Positions 13,604 to 23,680 of a stretch of DNA of 64,000 nt are shown in pieces (the first letter of the stretch is position 1; each line of letters starts with the position of its first letter). Made by a program: the position numbers and the translations under genes. The stretch covers positions 29,821 through 93,820 of the forward strand of contig JBNGIO010006348.1 in assembly GCA_049999805.1 (NCBI GenBank). Direction: 5' to 3'. Source of the stretch: Folioceros fuciformis. Its lineage: Eukaryota. Below the pieces are notes generated by a model. That model searched no databases. It saw nothing but the letters and a program-made list of their open reading frames with translations, and was not told the DNA's origin.

Positions 13604-15382
13604 ATGAGGTGGTGGGAACGTGAGCTCCCAATCGTCGGACTCGAGCAAGACAAGATCTGCGAGGACGCACCTCGCAATCGGCACCTGGGATACGCAATCT
13701 GGGGGATACTCTTTCTCTTACTCCTGTCCTGGAGCCTGTGGATTTTCTTGGTACAGACCTCAGATCCCTTGCACTTTCAAGTCAATAGTTGGGAAGAGGG
13801 ATTTCAAGCTCCTCATCGAGACTCCCGTACTCCAGCTGTTCTGGGAACACAAATCTACACCAAACGTGATGCAGACAAGTTTCGCCGACGGTTGGCTTGC
13901 TTCAGGTGCTTAATTGCCCTACGCTGATTATGCTGCTCTATGACGCATTGCTTATTGTCCCTTGGTAAAGACTTCCACAAAATTCTGTTGGTTCCATCCA
14001 AAAAAAAGGGGGCGAGAATGCCAAATCTTAGTAGCCAAGCTACTTGGATCTAGATGCCACCCCTATCTGATAGGCGGGAGGCTAAGTCTAAGTTCTTCAT
14101 TTGACCTACTAGGTCTAATAAGAGTGAGAGAGCTTGGAAAGGAAATGCATGTGTATTGTTCATCTTGAGTGAAATTGTCTTGTACCAGTCAAACAGGAAA
14201 GTGGATACTCAACAGCACAGTGCGAAAAATGCCTTGGAATTTTGCTGGTGATCCTTTTGCAAACCAATGTGATGGTAGACATATAAACACTCCTGGTAAT
14301 GTAGCTGGAGTTCAAGCAGATGCTATCGAAATAAGCTCTGATTGGAAAGTAAGTCAAACTATGAAGATGCAATTCAATGCATTCTATAATTGTTGAATGT
14401 AATCTTGTTCAATTTGATATGAAAACAGGTTCGCAAGGAATTGAAATGGGTGTGGCGAAGTAGTAGAAGTTGTCCTATGATACCATTGAATCGAAATCAT
14501 TTTTGCAGGTGACAAAACTTGTTCAACATTGATAATCAAACATCCAAGCAGACTATTTTGATTATCAAAGAAAGATTGTAATCAAGTTAATTGCAGGTTG
14601 ATAGGCTCAAATAGAAACATTTTGCTAGTAGGAGATTCTATCAACCATGAGCTACAATGGGCACTTCTCAACAACTTCTTGAACAATATGACAGGTATTA
14701 TGCCTAGTCTCTCGTCAATACGAACTTGGTCAGGGCACCAAGTATGTGATGATATTCTAGGTCCAAATAAAGGCTTCAAAATTGGATTCATAAGGAATGA
14801 TCGGTTATCCCCAACTTTGCAAATTAAAGATGATGGTTGGAGCAACATTCTTGAATGGCCATGGCTGCCAGCACTTACTGATTGGAATATAAAGATCCTC
14901 ATTCTAAATAGAGGAGCACACTATGAACCGGACAACATCTACAAAGCAGCTTTAGAGGAGACTTTGACACTCCTCAAAAACTATTATCCTCACCTTCTTG
15001 TCATGTTTCGGAACACACCTCCAGGTGCGTAGCACATTGTGTGGTTACCAACATCCTCCCTTTGTTCTTCTTCCATGCCTAACTTTTCATATCTTATCCA
15101 GGACACAAAAATTGCAATACATTCACAACCCCAATACAAGAAAGACAAGAAAATCTTCCTGTAGAATGGCATTGGGGAGAATTCCAACGTCAGAATGGCT
15201 TGGCTAAAGAAGTTGTAGAACGACACCAATACATCTACGTGGATGTGGACACAGCTCTTAGTCTGCGACCAGATGGACACATTGATAAGAATGATTGTCT
15301 ACACTATTGCTTACCAGGACCCTTGGACTATATTGTAGAGTTGCTTTATAATATCTTCTCAACTATTGAGAATCTTACATGA
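13604..15382 (+). CDS. Trichome birefringence-like (TBL/PC-esterase) polysaccharide O-acetyltransferase
   Basis: Type II TM anchor in exon 1, then LLVGDS, ILILNRGAHY, FRNTPPGH, LRPDGH and DCLHYCLPGP (the GDS and DxxH catalytic motifs). The exon 1/exon 2 junction could not be resolved. Confidence 0.85.
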
Positions 15383-16274
15383 TCAGTCTGGTACTTGAGG
15401 AGCTTCTATTCTATATTGTACCTGAACACTTCATTAATCTCGTGAGCTTCTCCATGCATGTAAAGTGACCAAGACCTTTAGAAAAGTAGTGTGTTGTGAA
15501 CCATCGTATGGTATCCATACATCTCCAGAACATGCCCATAGAAAAAACAATTCCATCCTCTTGCTGCTGGACACATTTATTCACCAAAAGTGGGCTTCCA
15601 GGTTCTGACGCCCGCATTCAAGGTGCATATGATGGAGTTGCTTGGACCTTATTTTTGTTGTGCTCTCAAAGTTCGAGGAGAGTGAGAAGGGGTCATTGGT
15701 GTGTGACAAGGGCTAGAGCCAATGGGAGGAAGGTCTTGTCCGTTAGAATACTCGGACAGGCTGCTCCGTACAGAGCCATGTTGGAGTCAATCGAAAACAG
15801 CGCACTGAGGGCGCCGATCCCGGAATCCCATGCTCGAGGCCAGATGAGCAGAGGGCGCTCAAGCCTCCGACACCGGTAATGGAAACACTCTCGCTCCACA
15901 CCACGGGTAACAATGAGTAAATGCGGGTGGACGAGAGAGAAGGGAGCACGGTGCTTTCAATTCGCCAAGTCCTTCTCGTACTGTTCACGGCCAAGCAGCA
16001 GCAGAGCACAAGGCGCGGGAGCAGGCCACTTTGATTGCTCCCGGTGCGCCTTGAAGGCGTACAGTGTCACCCATGGACGTCGACTGCTGCCATGCTTGTT
16101 GCCCAGAGCAAGGGCGCGCATTGGCCTATCTCCGAGTTGGGATCGATCCGATTCCAATCTGTCAGGCCTGACACCCGCCGCAGTACCGTTTGCGCCCCGC
16201 ATTGAGAAAGCAGCGTTGCGCGGAATTTGGGCGGGATGGCAGCCTGTGGTCAGCTGCGGGACGCAATTCTGAGG

Positions 16275-19200
16275 ATGTGGCTCTGGATTTGGGCGTTGTG
16301 GGCAATAGCGGCAGGGTGCGCGCAGGCGCAGAATGGCGCAGGTGAGGGAGAAGGCGTGCTGGGGAAGGATGCTGGCTCTTCCCTCAGCAGTTTGCTGGGA
16401 TCTGATCCTTGTGGGTGGTGGTGGCAGGGTGTCCGCTGGACTACAGCAGCCTGGATTTCAGCGCCGCTGTGTCGGCCTGCACTCAGTCCAGTGGGTTGCA
16501 GAACTGCTGCGCCTACGTGCGGGCTCTGTTCGGGGTTGCCATGGCAGAGTACACCAATGCTACTGCGCTGCTCACGCTGCCCGGGAGCCTGGCCGCGCCC
16601 TGCCTGGACGCCACCGTAAGGGTGTTCGAGGAGAATGGGATAGCAGCTGGCCAGACCAACCAGTGCGGGCTCAGGACCGTGAACGGGAGCTACAACATTG
16701 CCTGCCAGAACTACACCGTCGGGCCGAGCATTTCCGAGGTGGGTGGATTCGGGAGCGTGCTGAACGAGTGCGTGGGGAACACCACCAGCTCCTGCAGCAA
16801 CTGCTTCGATGCCAGCAAGGAGTTCGTGGAGACGGCGTTGGGTGCGTCTAATGCCAATGAGACGGCGTGCTTGGATGCCACCTTCCTCACCGTTGCCAGC
16901 CTAGGGGGCGTCGAGTACGCCATGGAGACTGCTAATTGCTTCTACAAGCTGCAGAATGCCGGGGGGCAGTTGCAGCCGCAGAGCGGTAAGGCATGCTGCC
17001 TCTGTTGCCGCTTCTGTTGATGTTGGGAGATGTTCGATGATGTTGGGTGGTGTCGGGCGTTGTTGGATTATGTCTGGATGGCCATGTGCGTTTTTGCAGA
17101 ATGCCATTTCAGCTTCCCGGCCTGGCAGATACAGAATGTGGCAAACGCATGTCAGGACAGGACGAATGGGGATTGCTGTGCTGCTGCTCTGCTGGCCCTG
17201 AGAACTGGAGCTACCCAGAATGGCGGGGCCTTTCTCCTGTCCAAGAAGCAGGGCACGGCTTGCGTAGCCGAGCTCACAGACAATCTGAAGGGACAGGACT
17301 CGGCGCTGGACGCCTTCTTCAAATGCAACATCACGGCTAGCAGCATTTTCCAACAAACCACCTCGGGATGCCACCGTATTCTCACTTCTGCCCAGCTGAT
17401 ACAGGAGATTACGGCGCAGGGTGTATCCTTCATCGACGTTGAGAATATTTGCAAGGAAGCAAATTTCTCCTGCAACCGCTGCGAGGGAGCCGTCAACAAC
17501 GTCACCTATGCTGTGGCATCCCCAAATGTGGATGCCCAGACCATCCAAAGCTGCAGGGATCTGGTGTTCATGGCATTGGCCGGTGTTTCTAGTGCAGCTG
17601 AAGCCACTTCTCTCGGAGGCTGCTTGTATTCACTTCCAGGTAAGGAGGCCAAGCCCCTTTCCCATGCAATTCATAGCTTTAGAAGGGCGATATATTGACG
17701 CCACACCCTTGATCACATGTCTGGCAGTGATCACTTCCACACAACAGATCATAGCTCCAGCTCCCGCCCCTGTTGAGGCTCCTGTGATCAGCTCTCAGGC
17801 CAACAACTCGATCATCACTGTTGTATCCGAGTCTCATGCAACAAAACTCACTCTAGTGTTGGGAATCGGCATCGGAGTGGCAGCAGCTGCACTGGCCGTG
17901 TTGTGCCTGCTTCTGCTTCTCATTCAGCAAAAGAGGAAGGAGCTAAGAAACACCAGCTCTGATGCACCAATCTGGAAGGCCAAGGAGGGCTTGATCAGCC
18001 CTCGATACCAGATCCAAAACTGGAGAAAAGGTTCGTCCCTCTCCCCTGCCCTATGCCCTGTTCTGGGTTGCTTTGTACCTCAACTACTCCACGAAGGCGG
18101 CAGGCAAAGGTATTCTAACACTTGCTTTCGTCTGGCACGGCGGACCAGATTCCTCACCTCTATTCAAGCGCTACAAGCTCCACGAAGTGAGAGCAGCCAC
18201 CAAGAACTTCAGCGATGTCATAGGCAGAGGAGGATTTGGAACCGTCTACAAAGGCCAGTTCAAAGATGGGCTTGTAGCTGGAATCAAGAGAATGAACCAA
18301 GGCAGCAAGCAAGGTGAGAATGAATTCTGCCGGGAAATGGAGCTCCTGGGGAGACTCCACCACCGCCACCTTGTTACTCTCCGAGGCTTCTGTGCAGAAA
18401 AGCAAGAAAGGTGCACACCTCATTCTCTCCTTCCAACGGCAACACATGCTCATGCATCTAACGAGCCCGTCATCTTACGGTGGCCTGGTCAGGTTTCTGA
18501 TCTACGAATACTTGGAGAATGGCAGCCTGAAAGACCATCTACATGGTAAGAGCTGGTTTTCTTTCAGCCCAAATTTTCAGAAGATTATCCATAATTCCGA
18601 CGCGTAACCATCTTGTGGCCAGTGGCAACCAAGACCCCGCTGAACTGGAGAACAAGGCTGAGAATTGCAGTGGGCGTTGCTGCCGGACTGGTGAGCATCC
18701 CCCACTTCCGATTAATTTCAACGCCCTGTCTTGCATTTTTAGGGTTCGCATAGCAACAGCAATGAACCAATCACTCGACCTGTCAGGAATACTTGCACTG
18801 CTACTGCGATCCTCCTCTGTGCCACAGAGACATCAAATCTAGCAACATCCTGCTGGACGAAAACTTCGTTCCCAAGGTATGATCATGCATTACTTCAGCA
18901 CCTTCCAATCCCCGATTTCTCTTCTGTGGCCTGTCTGTACCCGTTAGTCTAACTTGTCTACCGGGCTCCAATCAGATCGCCGACTTCGGCCTCGCCTTCT
19001 CTGCCCGGAACGGAGCCGAAATTTTCGAGCCTGTCACGACTGACGTTCGGGGAACTCCAGGTGGGTGCACAATCCTGTTGACTGACTCGTATCCTCCCCG
19101 AATTCCTCATCCCGTTTGCGACGGTGCCGTCGATCCTGTGTGGCCTGGCAGGCTACATGGACCCGGAGTACATGATCACCCACGAGCTGACGGAGAAGAG

Positions 19201-19624
19201 CGACGTGTACAGCCTGGGCGTCTTGCTGCTGGAAATCGTGACAGCGAGGCGGGCAGTCCACGACAACAAGAACCTGGTGGAATGGGCGCAGAAATACGTG
19301 GACAAGGATTCCAGCCTGCCGGGCCTGGTGGACCCCGACCTGGAGCATACCTACAATGTGCTGGAGCTAAAGGCTGTGATGGATATTGTGCACATGTGCA
19401 CGCGCTCCGAGGGCAGGCTGAGGCCCAACATCAAGAAGGTGCTCAGGCTGCTGAACGAGCGCCTGGATGTGGACACCACCAGTGGTCCCGTCACTGGCCA
19501 GATCTACAAGATGCCGCGCCCTCTCCCGGACTTAGCATGTAGCAGTGCCAGACATGGCGTCGGCAGCCCTGCTTTTAGATTTGAGGCGTCCCCACCTGTG
19601 TCTCCTATGTCTGACAGAAGCTGA
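16275..19624 (+). CDS. Receptor-like Ser/Thr kinase (URK-1-like) with signal peptide, two Cys-rich SPARK-like domains, TM and RD kinase
   Basis: Signal [24 protein letters not shown]...C...CC.Y..ALF.VA.A.Y.N.T; a second Cys-rich exon; [31 protein letters not shown]. Kinase motifs [68 protein letters not shown]. Confidence 0.92.
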
Positions 19625-19843
19625 CTCAAGCAAGTATATATATCTCTTGCTCTGTGATTAGAGACCTGGGAGTCGACCCGGTACCTTCGCGATCCGATTC
19701 CTGGCAGCTACCTCTAGGCTACGATACGTATAGAGAGTTCATTGATTCTAATGGAAAAAAGACCCAGTGAATGGGTCTTCACTCAATAATGCGTTGTAAT
19801 ATACATGGATCATGGGAGACAAACCTATCTGCACAGAGTCAGG

Positions 19844-21790
19844 TTAGGGATCGTCTTTGCTGAGAGTCTGGGGGGCGGGAGGAGCCATTGGTGCAGGGCC
19901 AGAAGAAAACTCCGGCTCACTCACATGGTTAAACACGTTCAGGAGAGACGGAGGATCATGGCACAGGGGAGAGCGTGGGGTGCCTGGGTTCAGGGGAGAC
20001 GAAGAAGCTTCGTGCAAGGAAGCCAGTGAGGTGCCTGGGAAGGTGACTCCGTGCTTGCCAGAGCTGCTCCTCACGAAGAACTTGTCGTCCTTGATGTCGT
20101 AGTACTCCGCAGTTCGGACCTCCTGGCAGAGGGAGCAGAATGGGAGGAAGAACCACGAAGCGCAGTCTGTCAACCTAGGGTTCCTGCAGCACCAGGTTCT
20201 TGGGGGGAGGTTGAAAGTCTCTCGCATTCTGATCCTCCAGAACCCACCGTACAGCAGCCCAAAGACGCTGAGAGCAATCCCTGCACCACCGATGCCATGC
20301 CTGACATAGTAGTTGTCTAGGTTGATGGCAGCCAAATCGAAGATCCAGAAGGGGGCTGTGAGGAGAAGAACAAAGGTGACGATGTGCACGTAGCGGTTAC
20401 CGAATCCCAGCCTGTCCACGTTCCATCCGAACACGCACACAAAGCACACGAAGGAGAGGAGGGAGATGCCAGGCTCCATGTTCCAGTCCCATAACCCACC
20501 TTTCCACTGCGGGTTCTGCACCTCCTGATCCTTGCCTCCCTCCCTCTTGGCAAAGGACATCCTCTTCTCCAGAAGCCGGAAGTTCATGATCCCGATGTCG
20601 TACAGGGACGTCTCGCTCTCCAGGTGGACATTGCCCTCACCCTTCTCCAGCTCGGATGCCAGCCTCGAGTATTCCTCATCATCGAGTGCCACGAACTCCC
20701 GCCCCAGAGGACTCAGGCTGTTGTATATCCCTGCTGCAGCAGAACAGCCGATGGCAACGCTGAGGCACACTGCCACTCCTATGGCAGGCCGCTCCGACCT
20801 CTTGTAGCCCCAATTGAGCCCACACAAGGAGTACTGAGCAAAGCAGTTGAGGTGCAGCAGGCACACCACCACTGCGATGTGAAACCACTCGTGCAGCTTG
20901 CGGGTTCCGTTCTTGCAGTATGCCTTCCTCATCTTCACAATATCCCGGGGCTCCCAACGGTAGAGCAAATAAGAATGGTAGAATCTGGTGGGATGCAGGT
21001 ACAGGCACATGAGAGTGAAAAGCGCATTGAGAATCTGGTTGTTCACCTCGAACCAAGCATCCCTATCCTTCTTCTTAGGCAGAGCATGGTTCAGCATGCC
21101 CACCATGACCATGAACAGAATAGCCCCAGAGATCGCTACAGCCGAAATCCACACCAGAAGAGCCAGGTTCTTGGGGTTCCAAAGCCATTCCCTACTCTGC
21201 TGCTTCACAATCTGCCAGTCTATGTTCCCGAGCCTATGAATCCCGTCCTTGATGCGACTGGAGAAGGAATGTGACTCGGAAGGCGTTTTCCTGGAGACCT
21301 CCTCCTTGGCCTCCGCCAGGCGCTTGAAGGTGGCGGACGGGGTCAGCAGGCTTCTCTTGAACGGGGATATCTGAGACCCCGCTGCAGACTTAGCCGGCGA
21401 GCTCCCAGTGAAGGCAGAGTCCAGATCCCGGGACCTAAAGGGAGATCCTCTGAACGGAGATACGCCTCCCCCGTTCCCCAAGACAGAACCAGGTAGCAAG
21501 GGCGAGTTGGTCCGGAATGGCGACCGCAGCGGGGACCTGTAAGGAGAAGTCCCCTCCCCTGGAAGAGGAGACAGTGTGTCAGAGAGCTCCGAGTACCCGG
21601 ACGGCGCATTCTTCACCGACAAGCCGGATCCCTTGCTGCCAGCAGACGCAACGGAGCTGTTAATGCCCTCATCCTCCTCCTGCAGAAGGCCCTTCCGGGA
21701 AGCGGACTCCGACAGAGAAGCATGAGACTGAGCTCCCCTGCTTCCGCTAGAGTCTTCAGGCTCGTCGCCTGGGATCACGATTCTCGGCAT
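19844..21790 (-). CDS. DUF2985 + PLAC8 family membrane protein, single coding exon
   Basis: ORF of about 648 aa: SP-rich N-terminus, NPKNLALLVW, EVNNQILNALFTLMCLYLHP.R, QWKGGLWD, RIRMRETFNLP, CSLCQEVRT. First ATG at 21790. Confidence 0.88.
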   Translation of the reverse strand: MPRIVIPGDEPEDSSGSRGAQSHASLSESASRKGLLQEEDEGINSSVASAGSKGSGLSVKNAPSGYSELSDTLSPLPGEGTSPYRSPLRSPFRTNSPLLPGSVLGNGGGVSPFRGSPFRSRDLDSAFTGSSPAKSAAGSQISPFKRSLLTPSATFKRLAEAKEEVSRKTPSESHSFSSRIKDGIHRLGNIDWQIVKQQSREWLWNPKNLALLVWISAVAISGAILFMVMVGMLNHALPKKKDRDAWFEVNNQILNALFTLMCLYLHPTRFYHSYLLYRWEPRDIVKMRKAYCKNGTRKLHEWFHIAVVVCLLHLNCFAQYSLCGLNWGYKRSERPAIGVAVCLSVAIGCSAAAGIYNSLSPLGREFVALDDEEYSRLASELEKGEGNVHLESETSLYDIGIMNFRLLEKRMSFAKREGGKDQEVQNPQWKGGLWDWNMEPGISLLSFVCFVCVFGWNVDRLGFGNRYVHIVTFVLLLTAPFWIFDLAAINLDNYYVRHGIGGAGIALSVFGLLYGGFWRIRMRETFNLPPRTWCCRNPRLTDCASWFFLPFCSLCQEVRTAEYYDIKDDKFFVRSSSGKHGVTFPGTSLASLHEASSSPLNPGTPRSPLCHDPPSLLNVFNHVSEPEFSSGPAPMAPPAPQTLSKDDP

Positions 21791-22311
21791 CCCGACCAAC
21801 CTCCCTGCTCGTTCTCTCCGCGCTCCCGCACCTCACATTGCTCTAAGCAGGAACCTGCAGAGGCACATGATTTCGTCACAAGCCCTACAGCTAGCGGAAT
21901 TCAATTTCCACCTAGCTCACCTGTGAGCACCGCAGGCAGCTGGGGCAAGGAACTCAGCAAATGTTCTTGCAATGGCGCTCATCCCCACAGCCGGTCTACA
22001 TCCGCGTCCCGCCTCGGACATTGCCCAGCATCAGTCCCTTCCCAACCGAATCCCAAACGATGAAGGAAATTGGATGCCGTGAGTAAACAACGCCAGACAG
22101 TTACCGTTTACCGCGTTTGAAAGCAACCGTATGACAACCAGAGAAAGGAAGCTTGCTGGGACTCGCGTTGAATTGGTGTGCAATGGGAAGGAGACACGCG
22201 GATTGCTGGGATTGCGATGCTTGCTTCTGAAGTCAGCGAAGGAAGGCATATGTCATTTTCTGACCGTGTGAGTTTGTCGGGTAGGCATGGTGAGGTCGTT
22301 GGGTTGGCATC

Positions 22312-23577
22312 ATGCCGGACCCGGTGCTGTCCACCACCTGGAGCATCTTCTGTCAGCTGAAGGATCTGCGGGCCACGCAGCATAGCAATAGGGACGAGTG
22401 TGCTAGGCTTGCGAAGGTCATCGAGAGACTGCACAACAATCTGCAGATTCTGCTGGTGAGGTGGTTTGTTTTCCTTATCTGGGTCCGTTTGTGTCGGTTG
22501 AGACGGCTGTGTCGATGACTGACCATTTTGAGGCATGGCTCTCTTAGGCCAGTCCTGATGTGGGCCGATTCCAGCCAGTTTTACGGAAGATTGAGGTCTC
22601 CACCACAAATTGTTATGCGTTCGTGGAGTCCATCTCAGCTCGAGGCTTGAGATCCACATTCTTGAGTGAGAAAATCCCAGTGTTCAACGAACGTGCTCTG
22701 GACCAGTTCCTGCTGCAACATGACGAGCTGCACACGCTGACGGATGAGTTGCTACAGGAGTTGCTAAAGGTACGAGCTGTTTCGGAAGGAAGATGTTTCG
22801 GCGCAGTGTGGGTGAATGGTGCCTGACAGCGATCCGTTAATTCGTTATGGACAGGGTTTCCGCCCTGGGAAGCATCATGTTCCGACTGAGACTGTGTTTG
22901 GCGTAAGCAAGCTGAGAGCTACCAGTAGCAAGGACGATGATGTCCGGCTGAGGAAAGGGGAGAGGGCAAGCATCATCTTCATAGAAGATGGGGGCAAGGA
23001 GGAAATGTTCTACTCAGTGGACACCTGGGTAGTAACGCACGAGCAGGATTTCTTCAGCTGGCCTTCCACAGACCTGGCTGCAACTGTGACATGCAGGCAC
23101 ACCGGTAGGGTGTTTGATGTGAGCCAGCCTGCCAGCGGCAATGAATCTTTGTCCATCGCAGCTATCTCTGCCTCGGGTGTGTTGTGGGCGAATGTGAACT
23201 CCATTAGACCGGGTGGTGGGCGGTGGGGCCCCTTTTCCAAGCCTGCAGGGTCGCTCTTGAAGCGAGACCACGAGAGTATTTATGGGGATGGAGCCTACTC
23301 GTACGGATCTCAGGACTACCAGGTTGAGATATGCCTGACATCTGGTGCAGGGTTTGAGGCAGACCTGCAGCTGTTGAGAGTTACAGGCACGAAGGAGCAA
23401 CACCAGACTTACTACAAGTGCTGCCTTGATGGATCGGGGGAAGTGGTTGCCATTTACAGGCACTCGACAGAGGAATGTGAAGGCACGCTCCACCTGCTGG
23501 GACGCGGTAATCAGGCCCAGTTGCGGGACGTCATTGTCTCTAGCATTGCAGCCCTTGGGCTCACCAGCACCCTCTAA
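22312..23577 (+). CDS. Uncharacterised 362-aa protein: putative MLKL/MCAfunc-like N-terminal helical bundle plus LOR/Tubby-C-like domain
   Basis: Exons 22312-22455, 22548-22769 and 22855-23577, joined by phase-0 GT-AG introns of 92 and 85 nt, give one continuous ORF. The domain calls are by pattern only. Confidence 0.7.
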
Positions 23578-23680
23578 TCCACTTCCGGGATCCTGCCTTT
23601 GTCATTAGCTCCGAAAGTGGTTCCCAAATGCTTCTTCACGTTTTTTTCCCGCGTTTTTGTTGGGGCAGGAAGATTCTGTC

